Position numbers and translations under genes: made by a program
In this document: in pieces, positions 1 through 9,570 of the stretch
How positions within the stretch are numbered: the first letter of the stretch is position 1
Layout of the letters: each line of letters opens with the position of its first letter
Notes under the pieces: model-generated
Databases searched by the model: none
The model's input: the letters and a program-made list of their open reading frames with translations, nothing else
Told to the model about the DNA's origin: nothing
Source of the DNA: Candidatus Limisoma sp.
GTDB lineage: Bacteria > Bacteroidota > Bacteroidia > Bacteroidales > Muribaculaceae
Direction of reading: 5' to 3'
NCBI GenBank assembly: GCA_051872155.1
Contig: JBJEDO010000024.1
Coordinates: 3,542 to 67,541 of the forward strand
Length of the DNA stretch: 64,000 nt

Positions 1-2012
1 ATGCGTCAGGTATTAATTTCGGCGTCGCATTAGGCAAAGGAGCAGACATCAGCACTTACACGACCATTGCCACATACGACAAGATCGAATCTTCGGCTGC
101 CGACTATGAATGCTTATTCGAAATCACCGAGCCCGACGAATACAACATCGGCTTCCACGCCGGCATGGCAAATTCAAACTCCTCGACATATTATATCTAC
201 TCGGTAAATGTCAGCGAAATAACCATCTTGCCTGCGCAAGTTGCCGACCTGCAAGCCGAAATTGTCGACGAAACTATCAAACTAACGTGGACAAACCCGG
301 CGCTCAACAACATCGGCTCAGCGCTTACTTCTCTTACCAAAGCTGAAGTTTACCGCAACGGCACGTTGGCTGAAACCATCGAAAATCCGGCTGTAGGCGC
401 TGAACAAACGTGGACTGACAACACTCCCGAAAACGGTATCAACAAATACTATATAAAGGTTTACAACGAAAACGGCGAAGCGGAAGGCACACCGACCGAA
501 GTGGCAAGCCTGTGGTTCGGCGACCCGACACAACACGTGCCCTACTCTTACGACTTCGCAAACCAAGACTTGTTCGGACTCTACACGGCTGTCGACGCCA
601 ACAACGACGAATATACTTGGAAGTATAACAGCACTTACAAATACGCATACCTCGACAAAACATCGAGCGACTACTCGTCGGCAAACGACTACCTCGTAAC
701 TCCGCCGTTCGCCCTCGAAGCAGGCTATTACAAAGTGACTTATAAGACAAGCGGCGTCAACAAAACGACCATCAAAAACGGCGTCGTTACCGACATCAAC
801 GACGTTGCCGGAACATTCGCCGATGCTCGCACGTTCACCGAAATCGGCTACGCTACAACTGCCGAAAACGTATTCCACATCGCCGAAGCCGGCACTTACT
901 ACTTCGCTTGGCTCTGCACCGAATCGTTTGCCGGAAGCGACAAAAATACAACAGTCGAAAACGTACAAATCGAACTCATTCCCGTTGTGCCCGGCGTGGC
1001 AACCGACCTGGCTGTCGTTGCCGACCCCAACTTCGATTTGAGCGCAACTTTGACTTGGACGAACCCGACAACGACCAACGTTGAAGGCGTTGCCGCAACC
1101 GATTTGACTAAAGCCGTAGTCTATCGCAACGGCGAACAAATTGCGGAAATCACCGAAGGTCTCGTGCCCGGCGAAACTTCGACCTACGTCGACACCGAAG
1201 TACCGAGCGCAGGCAAATACACCTACGCCGTTGAAATCTACAACGCAGAAGGCAAAGCCGACGGCGATGCGCCGACAGTGGTTTGCGATTGGATTGGCGG
1301 CGGCTTGGCATTGCCCTACACTGCCGACTACAACGATTGGCAGATTTGGAACGTCAACGCCGACAAGAACTCTTGGGATGAAGAAATCACTTGGAACAAG
1401 AACTCCGACGGCAGCAAAATCTATATCGTTTCGAACAACAATACGCCCGACGACTGGGCAATCAGCCCGCGCTTGACGCTCGTCAAAGGTATGTACTACG
1501 ACATCACCGTTAAGTCGTGGACAGGTATGGACGGCGAACCGCCCTACACTTGGGAACTCGCATACGGCACAAGCACCGACCCAGAATCGATGGTTGCCAT
1601 TACAACCGTAACTACCAACGTCAAGAACCTGTCGGACGCTCAACAAGACGTAATCACAATTTGTGTCGACGAGCCCGATGCAGTTTGCTCTCTTCCGGTT
1701 GTTCCTTACGGCGTACGCACCATCGGCATTCACGCCATCAACAAGGGCGCCGTTCAAATTGGTGAACTGACAATCGGCGAAAGCACGGCATCGGTTGGCA
1801 CAATCAATCGTGACGGCGGCATCCGTGTGGTTGGCGGCAACATCATGTTCGGCGGCTTGGCTCGTAAGATGACAATCGTCGACCTCAGCGGAAAAATCGT
1901 GGCTTCGGCTAACGCATGCAGCACTTACAACATCAGTGCTCTCGCAAGCGGTTCTTACATCGTTTCGGCATACGTCGACGGACGTCACACGGTTTGCAAA
2001 ATCATTAAGTAA
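1..2012 (+). CDS. Large cell-surface protein, 5'-truncated by the window edge; Fn3-like repeats + choice-of-anchor-J/cleaved-adhesin-like modules + T9SS C-terminal sorting domain
   Basis: Frame 3 is open from nt 3 (ASGINFGVALGK...), so the listed M at 165 is internal. Repeated 'LTWTNP...LTKA.VYRNG' units. 'NDYLVTPPF' and 'DDWAISPRL' motifs. Last ~70 aa (MTIVDLSGKIVAS...GSYIVSAYVDGRHTVCKIIK) look like a Por/T9SS type A tail. Confidence 0.8.
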   Translation, partial: ASGINFGVALGKGADISTYTTIATYDKIESSAADYECLFEITEPDEYNIGFHAGMANSNSSTYYIYSVNVSEITILPAQVADLQAEIVDETIKLTWTNPALNNIGSALTSLTKAEVYRNGTLAETIENPAVGAEQTWTDNTPENGINKYYIKVYNENGEAEGTPTEVASLWFGDPTQHVPYSYDFANQDLFGLYTAVDANNDEYTWKYNSTYKYAYLDKTSSDYSSANDYLVTPPFALEAGYYKVTYKTSGVNKTTIKNGVVTDINDVAGTFADARTFTEIGYATTAENVFHIAEAGTYYFAWLCTESFAGSDKNTTVENVQIELIPVVPGVATDLAVVADPNFDLSATLTWTNPTTTNVEGVAATDLTKAVVYRNGEQIAEITEGLVPGETSTYVDTEVPSAGKYTYAVEIYNAEGKADGDAPTVVCDWIGGGLALPYTADYNDWQIWNVNADKNSWDEEITWNKNSDGSKIYIVSNNNTPDDWAISPRLTLVKGMYYDITVKSWTGMDGEPPYTWELAYGTSTDPESMVAITTVTTNVKNLSDAQQDVITICVDEPDAVCSLPVVPYGVRTIGIHAINKGAVQIGELTIGESTASVGTINRDGGIRVVGGNIMFGGLARKMTIVDLSGKIVASANACSTYNISALASGSYIVSAYVDGRHTVCKIIK

Positions 2013-2026
2013 CATAACGTAACATC

Positions 2027-2077
2027 AAAAAGGGGTAGCGACAACAATCGAACGGCGCTTCCCCTTTTTCTTTTTTA
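2027..2077 (+). terminator. Rho-independent terminator-like hairpin
   Basis: AAAAGGGGTAGCG ... CGCTTCCCCTTTT (one T:T mismatch) followed by a T-rich run, directly after the stop at 2012. Confidence 0.6.
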
Positions 2078-2082
2078 TTACT

Positions 2083-5000
2083 ATGAAAAGACTTCTAATC
2101 TTGCCGGTGACGGCACTTTTGCTCGCAAGCACTGCATTCGGCGCAAATCCCGTAAAAGCACTGAAAAGCGCGTCACCCTCAGCACAACGGCACCGCACTG
2201 CATCGGTACTCAAACAACGACAAACGCTGCCCGCAATAACGGCGCCGCAAGTGCTGCTAACCGTGCCCGGTACCAACACACGGATGTGCGCCACGATGGT
2301 CTACAACGACGATTGGGGCACGACCGACTCCAACGGCAACTACCTTAATCCTATAACCGCCGGAGTTTACACTATTCCCGCCAAACCCGACGGAACAATC
2401 TCCTCGCTCTATCAAAACACCGACTTCACGAAAATGCGCTGCGGCGTCAAGGTCAACAGCACATACTACGTTGTCAGCGCGTCTGCCGACGGCACTTCGG
2501 CATCTATCAGCGAATATTCCACAACGTCGTGGAATCGCAGTCGCAACGAAGATACCGATATCGTCAACGTAGCGACCGACCTGACCTACGACCCGACTAC
2601 CGGGAAGGTCTACGGCGCTTTCTACAACTCGGAAACCGACGAATACGACCGCTTCTGCTCGTTCAGCCTAACCATGGCTGAAGCCACCGACATCGGCGAC
2701 CTCGAGCGCCGCGTGTCGGCAATGGCATGCAACGATGCGGGCGAAATCTATGCCATCTGGGGCTACACCGGATGGCTCGTAAAATTAGACAAAAAGACGG
2801 GACGATATACCCAAATAGGCAAAACAGGCGTCGACCCCGAATATAACAACACCATGGCTTTCGGCTCCGACGGCGTGCTCTATTGGGCTGCAACCGACGA
2901 TCAAGGCAACGCAGCACTCTATAGTGTCGACACAACCACCGGCGCCGCAACGAAAATCTACGACATGCCCGGCAATGCGGAATTCGCCGGAATGTATGCC
3001 CTACCCTTATCGATTCCCGACTCGGCGCCCGAGGCTGTTACCGACATCGCCGTGGCTTTCGATTCCGACTTCGCCACAACCGGACGAATCACGTTCACCG
3101 CACCTACTCGCACCGCAAACGGGACGACGCTAACAGAGCCGATTACGGCAATTGTGGCGGTCAACGGCGTGGAAGTTGAGATTGTCGAGGGCATCCAACC
3201 CGGCACTAACGCACAAACGCCGACGATAACCTTTGCGGAAGGTCTGCAGAGCATCGAAATAACCACAGCCAACAGCACCGACCGCGGCAAAACCGCTTCG
3301 ACGACAGTTTGGGCGGGCGAAGACTTGCCTACGGCGGTCGCCGACTTGAGTGTTTCGCTCGTCGACGGCATTCCCGAAGTGAGATGGACGGCACCTACCG
3401 AGGGCGCTCACGGCGGCAAAATCAACGCTGCGGCGCTGCGCTACACAGTGACTCGCTATCCCGGCGGCACAGTCGTTGCCGACCGCCAAAGCACAACGTC
3501 GGTTAAAGACACCGGCATTGGTTCGTCGGCGGCAGCGGTCTACTACGAAGTGGTTGCATTAACCGACAAAGGCGCCGGCGAGAGCGCTCGGACCGAAAAG
3601 ATTGTGGTCGGCAACGGCTACACAGTGCCTTTTGTCGAACCGTTCGACACTCAAGACGCCTTCGACCTGTGGACAGTCATCGACCGCAACGGCGGCTCGA
3701 CGTGGATGTACGACAACGGCCGAATCCACTATAAATACAATAACAATAGCATCGGCGGCGACGATTGGCTGATTTCGCCTCGCATCGCTCTCCGCAGCGG
3801 AATAACCTACCTGCTGACATTCGATGCACAGACGTTCAATTCGACGAACTATTACGAAAACTTCACGGCAGTACTTGCTTCCGACCCGGAAGCCGCCTCG
3901 CACGTCGTGCTTAAAGAATTTACCAACTACTGCTGCACAGCGGGCGAAACGCACAAGATTTCGTTCAGCGTCGACGCCGACGGCTACTATTATTTGGGCT
4001 TCCACGACACAAGCGACGGCAAAAAAGGTTGGTCGCTCTTCTTGGACAACATCGGCGTAAAGACACTTCAAGGCGCACTGCCGGCAGCCCCGACCGAAGC
4101 ACGAGTAACAGCTGCTGCGGAAGGTGGTCTGCGCGCGGAAATTGCGTTCAACGCACCTACAACCGACATCGACGGAGCCGTTTTGGGCGACGATTTGACC
4201 GTGTCGGTCGTTCGCGGCAACGACACAACGCCATGCTACAGCCGCTCGGCAACGCCGGGAGAAGCGGTCAGCTGGACCGACGACGCAATAACAGCAAGCG
4301 GCACATACACCTACCGAATCTACGCATCTAACGAAGTCGGCGACGGCATCGAAGCAAAGGTGTCGACATTCGTCGGACTCGACGCTCCGGCGGCTGTGAC
4401 GTTTACAAGATCAAAAGCAACCGACACGTCCGCAACCATCCAATGGACGGCGCCGAAGACGGGCATCAACGGCGGTTATTTCAATCCCGCCGACCTGCAC
4501 TATCGCATTCTGCGCAGCGACGGCACGGTTGTTGCCGAGCAAACTACCGAGACATCGTTGACCGACGTCGACATACCGACTACAAATCAACAAGAATACA
4601 TCTACTACGTCGTTACGCCGTATGCCGCCGACCGCAAAGGCGCTTACGCCGTGTCGCCCTATCTGATTGTCGGCACGCCTTACGATGCACCGTTTGCCGA
4701 ACGATTCAAGAACAGCGATATGGATAACTATCCTTGGATAAGCGAACCGCTCGACGACGGCGCTACCTGGTCGCTGCAAGACAATGGCATCAATCCCGCC
4801 ACTGCCGACCAAAGCGGCGACGGCGGTCTTGCCACGTTCAACAGCGCAGACGCACCGCAAGGCACTCGTGCCGAACTATCGTCGCCGAAAGTGTCGCTCG
4901 CAGGACTGACCGCTCCCGAACTGAGTTTTATGCTCTATCATACCGCAACGGCGGGCAATGGTAGCATCACGCTGAAAGTGTATGCCGACGACACGGCGCA

Positions 5001-6513
5001 CGAAGTTGCCAACGGCACGTTTACACGACAAAGTGATACAACCGGCTGGCAGCGCCACACAGTTGACTTGTCAGCGTTTGTCGACGCCGAATCGATTCGC
5101 GTGGCGTTCGTCGGCGAAAGCGACGGCTGCGAAAACATCCACATCGACAACGTTACTATCGACGAGTCACGACTCGCCGACTTGCAGTTGACCTCCCTCA
5201 GCGGACCGCGACGAATTGCTACCGGCATCGATGCAACCTACAATGCCGTTATCACCAACATCGGACATACCGCAATCGAAGGCGCGGTAGTTACGCTCAG
5301 CGAAGCCGACAACGCCATCGCTTGCGCAACCGTCGACGCTCTTGCACCTAACCAATCGGCAAACATTCCGCTAACTTGCCGTTTTGCCGAGTCGGCAACG
5401 CACCGGTTGACGGCATCCGTCGCTTGCGACGCTGACGCAAACGTCGAAAACAACGCGGCGGAAATCACAACCGTAACGGTCGACCCGGTAATTCCGGCGC
5501 CATACGACGCCACATCGTTGGCGCTCGCCGACGGCATCGAAATCACGTGGAAAGCGCCTTTCACACGCGGCGCCGCGACCGACGACATTGAAAGTTATCA
5601 GGATTGGGCAATCGCCGACATCGGCGACTGGACAACCGTCGACCTCGACCACGACTCGACCTACGGCATTCAAAAAGACCTCGACGAATACCCTAACGAA
5701 TATGCGCCCAAGGCATTCCAGGTGTGCAACGCACATACGCTGGGTATCGACATTTGGGACGAAGGCAAGCCTCATTCGGGCAACAAGATGCTGATGGCGA
5801 TTGCGTCTGTCAACTACGTCAACAACGACTGGCTGATTTCGCCGCAACTCAACGGCAGCGAGCAGACCGTTTCGTTCTACGCCAAGAGTTTCACCACCGA
5901 CGACATCGCGCCCGAACGTATGCGCGTGCTATACAGCATGGGCGGCACCGACCCGACGGAATTCGTCCAGATTCACACCGACGACTACATCGAACTGCCC
6001 GACGCGTGGATGCGCTACACTTGGACGCTTCCCGAAGGAGCACGTCATTTCGCCATTAACTGCGTGAGCAACGATTCGTTTGCGCTCTTCGTCGACGACC
6101 TGTCGTTCAACGACCTGACAGTGCCGCCGCTCACTCTCCGCGGCTACGAAATCTATCGCAACGACGAACTTGTGGCAACTACTGACGAAACGCGATGGGT
6201 CGACACAACGCCCGTCGACAAAGCAACCTACAAAGTGCGCGCACTTTACGACCGTTGGACAAGCGAATTTGCGACCGTAACAGCAGGGCAAGGCGCAGTC
6301 GACGAATTGGCATCGACTGATACGAATGTCTACGGCAGCCGTCAAAGCATCATCATCGTCGGCGCACGGGGCAGCGTCGTTAAAGTCTTCGGCATCGACG
6401 GACGTCTGCTCTCGCAAGTCGTCCCCGACCGAATGCATTACACTCTCGACATCGCTCCCGGCATCTACCTTGTAGAACTCGCCGAAAAGGCTCTAAAAAT
6501 CGTAGTGCGTTAA
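2083..6513 (+). CDS. 1,476-aa secreted surface protein: signal peptide, beta-propeller-like N-region, multiple Fn3-like units, choice-of-anchor-J-like modules, T9SS C-terminal sorting domain
   Basis: Signal peptide MKRLLILPVTALLLASTAFGA. Fn3-like 'W(T)AP...G' units recur at least 5 times. 'DDWLISPRIAL' and 'NDWLISPQLNG' motifs. C-terminal SIIIVGARGSVVKVFGIDGRLL...GIYLVELAEKALKIVVR resembles a T9SS tail. Confidence 0.85.
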   Translation: MKRLLILPVTALLLASTAFGANPVKALKSASPSAQRHRTASVLKQRQTLPAITAPQVLLTVPGTNTRMCATMVYNDDWGTTDSNGNYLNPITAGVYTIPAKPDGTISSLYQNTDFTKMRCGVKVNSTYYVVSASADGTSASISEYSTTSWNRSRNEDTDIVNVATDLTYDPTTGKVYGAFYNSETDEYDRFCSFSLTMAEATDIGDLERRVSAMACNDAGEIYAIWGYTGWLVKLDKKTGRYTQIGKTGVDPEYNNTMAFGSDGVLYWAATDDQGNAALYSVDTTTGAATKIYDMPGNAEFAGMYALPLSIPDSAPEAVTDIAVAFDSDFATTGRITFTAPTRTANGTTLTEPITAIVAVNGVEVEIVEGIQPGTNAQTPTITFAEGLQSIEITTANSTDRGKTASTTVWAGEDLPTAVADLSVSLVDGIPEVRWTAPTEGAHGGKINAAALRYTVTRYPGGTVVADRQSTTSVKDTGIGSSAAAVYYEVVALTDKGAGESARTEKIVVGNGYTVPFVEPFDTQDAFDLWTVIDRNGGSTWMYDNGRIHYKYNNNSIGGDDWLISPRIALRSGITYLLTFDAQTFNSTNYYENFTAVLASDPEAASHVVLKEFTNYCCTAGETHKISFSVDADGYYYLGFHDTSDGKKGWSLFLDNIGVKTLQGALPAAPTEARVTAAAEGGLRAEIAFNAPTTDIDGAVLGDDLTVSVVRGNDTTPCYSRSATPGEAVSWTDDAITASGTYTYRIYASNEVGDGIEAKVSTFVGLDAPAAVTFTRSKATDTSATIQWTAPKTGINGGYFNPADLHYRILRSDGTVVAEQTTETSLTDVDIPTTNQQEYIYYVVTPYAADRKGAYAVSPYLIVGTPYDAPFAERFKNSDMDNYPWISEPLDDGATWSLQDNGINPATADQSGDGGLATFNSADAPQGTRAELSSPKVSLAGLTAPELSFMLYHTATAGNGSITLKVYADDTAHEVANGTFTRQSDTTGWQRHTVDLSAFVDAESIRVAFVGESDGCENIHIDNVTIDESRLADLQLTSLSGPRRIATGIDATYNAVITNIGHTAIEGAVVTLSEADNAIACATVDALAPNQSANIPLTCRFAESATHRLTASVACDADANVENNAAEITTVTVDPVIPAPYDATSLALADGIEITWKAPFTRGAATDDIESYQDWAIADIGDWTTVDLDHDSTYGIQKDLDEYPNEYAPKAFQVCNAHTLGIDIWDEGKPHSGNKMLMAIASVNYVNNDWLISPQLNGSEQTVSFYAKSFTTDDIAPERMRVLYSMGGTDPTEFVQIHTDDYIELPDAWMRYTWTLPEGARHFAINCVSNDSFALFVDDLSFNDLTVPPLTLRGYEIYRNDELVATTDETRWVDTTPVDKATYKVRALYDRWTSEFATVTAGQGAVDELASTDTNVYGSRQSIIIVGARGSVVKVFGIDGRLLSQVVPDRMHYTLDIAPGIYLVELAEKALKIVVR

Positions 6514-6529
6514 GCGCTACGATTTTTTT
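6495..6529 (+). terminator. Rho-independent terminator
   Basis: AAAAATCGTAGTGC-gttaa-GCGCTACGATTTTTTT. The hairpin overlaps the stop codon and has a T7 tail. Confidence 0.7.
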
Positions 6530-6582
6530 GTAAAATTCATTAAATTGCATTAACTTCGCAAACAAAACTAAAGCAACAGGCT

Positions 6583-6990
6583 ATGAAAAAAATCATTAAA
6601 GAATTCAAAGAATTCGCCGTAAAAGGCAACGTGGTAGACATGGCAGTCGGTGTAATCATCGGCGGCGCGTTCGGCAAAATCGTGACATCGCTCGTTGGCG
6701 ACGTTGTTATGCCGGCAATTTCCGCACTTAGTGGCGATGCCGACTTCACCGGCTTCAAATGGGTTATCCGTCATGCGGTTATGGACGGCGCCAACGTCGT
6801 TACGCCCGAAATTTCCATCAACTATGGCTCGTTTATCCAAACAATTGTCGACTTCCTGATTATTGCCTTCGTTATCTTTATGGCAATCAAAGGCATCAAC
6901 AAACTCAAACGTAAAGAGGAGGAAAAGCCTGCAGAACCTGCTGCCGACATCAAATTGCTTACCGAAATTCGCGACTTGCTGAAAAAGTAA
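6583..6990 (+). CDS. mscL: Large-conductance mechanosensitive channel
   Basis: 135 aa. N-terminus [38 protein letters not shown] is the canonical MscL TM1 signature. Confidence 0.93.
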   Translation: MKKIIKEFKEFAVKGNVVDMAVGVIIGGAFGKIVTSLVGDVVMPAISALSGDADFTGFKWVIRHAVMDGANVVTPEISINYGSFIQTIVDFLIIAFVIFMAIKGINKLKRKEEEKPAEPAADIKLLTEIRDLLKK

Positions 6991-7023
6991 GAAAAGAAGA
7001 AATCCGATTCGCAAAATTTTGCG

Positions 7024-7031
7024 TAACTTTG
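7024..7031 (+). promoter_or_regulatory. Bacteroidetes-type -7 box (TAacTTTG) for pta-ackA
   Basis: Exact TAnnTTTG match 73 nt upstream of the pta ATG. A GGCAAGCCGC-cgaaa-GCGGTTTGCC hairpin (7046-7070) lies in the predicted leader. Confidence 0.5.
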
Positions 7032-7103
7032 CACAATGAAAACCGGGCAAGCCGCCGAAAGCGGTTTGCCTCAACGTGCGAACATAAAATAGATAAAATA
7101 GTT

Positions 7104-8111
7104 ATGGCTTTATTCGACAGGCTGATTCGTTCAGCACAAGAAAACAAACAGCGCATCGTTCTCGCTGAAGGCACAGAACCACGTACACTCAAAGCTGCAG
7201 AAATGATTATTCGCGACGGCGTTGCCAATATCATTCTCATTGGCAATCCCGACGAAATTCGAGCAAAAGCGGCAGAGTTAGGACTAACACACATCGACTC
7301 GGCGACGCTTGTCGACCCCCAAGATGCGGAATTTACAGAAAAATATGCACAACTCTTTTACGAACTTCGCAAAGCCAAAGGCGTAACCATCGACGATGCA
7401 CGCCGTAAGGTGCTCGACCCGCTCTACCTGGGTTGCTTGATGATTAAAAACGGCGACGCCGACGGTCAAGTGTCGGGTGCTCTCCACACCACCGGCGACG
7501 TGCTTCGCGCAGCGTTCCAAGTGATTAAGCCTAAGAAAGGCATCAGCGTTGTTTCGGGTGCATTCGTTATGCTTCTTCCCGAAGGTTGCCCCTACGGCAC
7601 CGACGGAATTCTCGTATTCGCCGACTGTGCGGTAGTGCCCTCGCCGACCGCTGAAGAATTGGCTCAAATTGCCGTTTCGGCATCAGAAACCGCCAAAAAC
7701 ATTGCCTGCATCGACCCGCGTGTGGCTATCTTAAGCTTCTCCACCAAAGGTAGCGCAAAGAATCCCGCTGTCGACAAAGTTATCGAAGCAACCCGCATCG
7801 CCAAAGAGATGGCGCCCGACCTTCCCCTCGACGGCGAATTGCAAGCCGACGCAGCAATCGTTCCCTCTGTAGCCGCTCAAAAAGCTCCGCAAAGCGACAT
7901 CGCAGGCAAGGCGAACGTGCTCGTTTTCCCATCGCTCAACGTGGGCAACATCGCATACAAACTCGTGCAACGTCTCAGCGGCGCACAAGCCGTAGGCCCG
8001 ATTCTCCAAGGCTTGGCTAAGCCCGTCAACGACCTCTCGCGCGGTTGCAGCCCCGAAGATATCTATAAAACAATCGTTATCACTTGCAATCAAAGCATCA
8101 ACGCTAAATAA
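7104..8111 (+). CDS. pta: Phosphate acetyltransferase (short form)
   Basis: MALFDRLIRSAQENKQRIVLAEG...GDADGQVSGA...SRGCS is typical Pta. I start at ATG 7104 (335 aa) rather than 7029, because the -7 box lies inside the longer ORF. Confidence 0.93.
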   Translation: MALFDRLIRSAQENKQRIVLAEGTEPRTLKAAEMIIRDGVANIILIGNPDEIRAKAAELGLTHIDSATLVDPQDAEFTEKYAQLFYELRKAKGVTIDDARRKVLDPLYLGCLMIKNGDADGQVSGALHTTGDVLRAAFQVIKPKKGISVVSGAFVMLLPEGCPYGTDGILVFADCAVVPSPTAEELAQIAVSASETAKNIACIDPRVAILSFSTKGSAKNPAVDKVIEATRIAKEMAPDLPLDGELQADAAIVPSVAAQKAPQSDIAGKANVLVFPSLNVGNIAYKLVQRLSGAQAVGPILQGLAKPVNDLSRGCSPEDIYKTIVITCNQSINAK

Positions 8112-8116
8112 ACGAA

Positions 8117-9313
8117 ATGAAAATTCTTGTATTAAATTGCGGCAGCTCGTCTGTCAAATATAAACTAATCGACCTCGACGGCGCTAACCAAAACGTAATG
8201 GCTGAAGGCGGCGTCGAGAAGCTCGGCTTGCCCGACTCTTTCCTAAAATTCAAATTCAACGGCGAAAAAGTAACAATCACAACCTCAATGCCCAACCACG
8301 AAGTGGCTGTCCGCGTGATTCTCGACAACCTCACAAGCGAGAAATACGGCTGCATCAAAGATTTCGGCGAAATCGACGCCGTGGGACATCGCATCGTGCA
8401 CGGCGGCGAGAAATTCAACACCAGCGTGATTATCACCGACGAAGTGATTGCCAAAGTTAAGGAATGCTACGACCTGGCACCACTTCACAACCCGGCAAAC
8501 ATCACCGGCATCGAAGCCATCAGCGCAATTATGCCCGACGTACCGCAAGTCGGCGTATTCGACACGGCATTCCACCAAACAATGCCCGCCTACGCCTATA
8601 TGTACGCCCTGCCCTACGAGGCTTACGAGAAATACGGCATCCGTCGTTACGGCTTCCACGGCACAAGCCATCGCTATGTGTCGCGCCGCGCTTGCGACTT
8701 CCTCGGACTCGACTATGAGTCGCAACGCATCATCACTTGCCACATCGGTAACGGCGGCTCGATTACCGCTGTCAAAGACGGAAAATCGGTCGACACTTCG
8801 ATGGGTCTTACCCCGGTTGAAGGCTTGATGATGGGCACTCGCTGCGGCGACGTCGACCCTGCCGCTTTGCTCTACATCCAGCAAAAAGAAGGCTTCAGCA
8901 CAGCGGATATGCAGAAACTCATCAACAAGAAGAGCGGCGTGCTCGGCATCTCGGGCGTTTCGTCGGATATGCGCGACATCGAAAACGCAGTTGCCGCCGG
9001 CGACCCGCGTGCACAACTCGCCCTCGACATGTATGAATATCGCATCACTAAATACATAGGCGCCTACACTGCCGCTCTCGGTGGCGTCGACGTAATCGTG
9101 TTTACCGGCGGTGTCGGCGAAAATCAAACCGGCACAAGAGAGAAAATCTGCCGCCAACTCGAATTCCTCGGCATCGACTTCGACGCAGAGAAAAACAAGA
9201 CTCGCGGCGAAGAAATCGAACTCACCCGCGAAGGCTCTAAAGTGCGCGTCGTGGTGATTCCCACCGACGAAGAATACATGATTGCCTGCGACACTGCAGC
9301 ATTGGTTAAGTAG
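8117..9313 (+). CDS. ackA: Acetate kinase
   Basis: MKILVLNCGSSSVKYKL..., HRIVHGG, GFHGTSH and TCHIGNGGS motifs. Lies 5 nt after pta. Confidence 0.96.
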   Translation: MKILVLNCGSSSVKYKLIDLDGANQNVMAEGGVEKLGLPDSFLKFKFNGEKVTITTSMPNHEVAVRVILDNLTSEKYGCIKDFGEIDAVGHRIVHGGEKFNTSVIITDEVIAKVKECYDLAPLHNPANITGIEAISAIMPDVPQVGVFDTAFHQTMPAYAYMYALPYEAYEKYGIRRYGFHGTSHRYVSRRACDFLGLDYESQRIITCHIGNGGSITAVKDGKSVDTSMGLTPVEGLMMGTRCGDVDPAALLYIQQKEGFSTADMQKLINKKSGVLGISGVSSDMRDIENAVAAGDPRAQLALDMYEYRITKYIGAYTAALGGVDVIVFTGGVGENQTGTREKICRQLEFLGIDFDAEKNKTRGEEIELTREGSKVRVVVIPTDEEYMIACDTAALVK

Positions 9314-9329
9314 CAAATAATCAACCAGT

Positions 9330-9365
9330 GCACCGAGTGGACCATCCTCCGCTCGGTGCTTTTTA
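9330..9365 (+). terminator. Rho-independent terminator after ackA
   Basis: GCACCGAG ... CTCGGTGC stem followed by TTTTTAT. Confidence 0.7.
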
Positions 9366-9434
9366 TATTACACGAAGCCACACTAATTAGTATTATTTAA
9401 CTTTATATTTTTCAGCTCTTTATTACAATTCAAG

Positions 9435-9442
9435 TAAATTTG
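9435..9442 (+). promoter_or_regulatory. -7 box (TAaaTTTG) in front of the pilus-like operon
   Basis: Exact TAnnTTTG in the AT-rich 257-bp spacer, 129 nt upstream of ATG 9571. Confidence 0.45.
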
Positions 9443-9570
9443 CACAGCAAAAATAAGGGACCTAACTAAGTGATATTCACATTGCAACGAAAAAGCGGAA
9501 AAGGTTTTCAATGATGGAATTATGTTGGTTAGGAGATTAGTTTAAATTAAATAATAGTGATTGTACAGAA

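Noticed and set aside
318-2015. Long antisense or alternative-frame ORFs opposite real genes. Examples: 318-2015(-), 16145-17377(-), 28778-30307(+), 30189-31397(+), 40065-41036(+), 44303-45178(+), 52697-53413(+), 55339-56238(-), 60681-61343(-), 61347-62123(-).
   Set aside because: Each lies entirely within a gene with strong family motifs on the other strand. Their translations are Arg/Val/Ala/Cys-rich low-information sequence, typical of shadow ORFs in G+C-rich coding DNA.
7029-7103. Upstream alternative starts offered by the ORF track for pta (7029), the OMP (31523), nth (36393), the island gene (46544), the kinase (54951), panC (55354), the ATPase (59469) and the flavodoxin-like gene (59592).
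   Set aside because: For pta, the OMP, nth, the island gene, the kinase and the ATPase, a TAnnTTTG box or terminator hairpin lies inside the extension. For all eight, the family-typical N-terminus begins at the downstream ATG.
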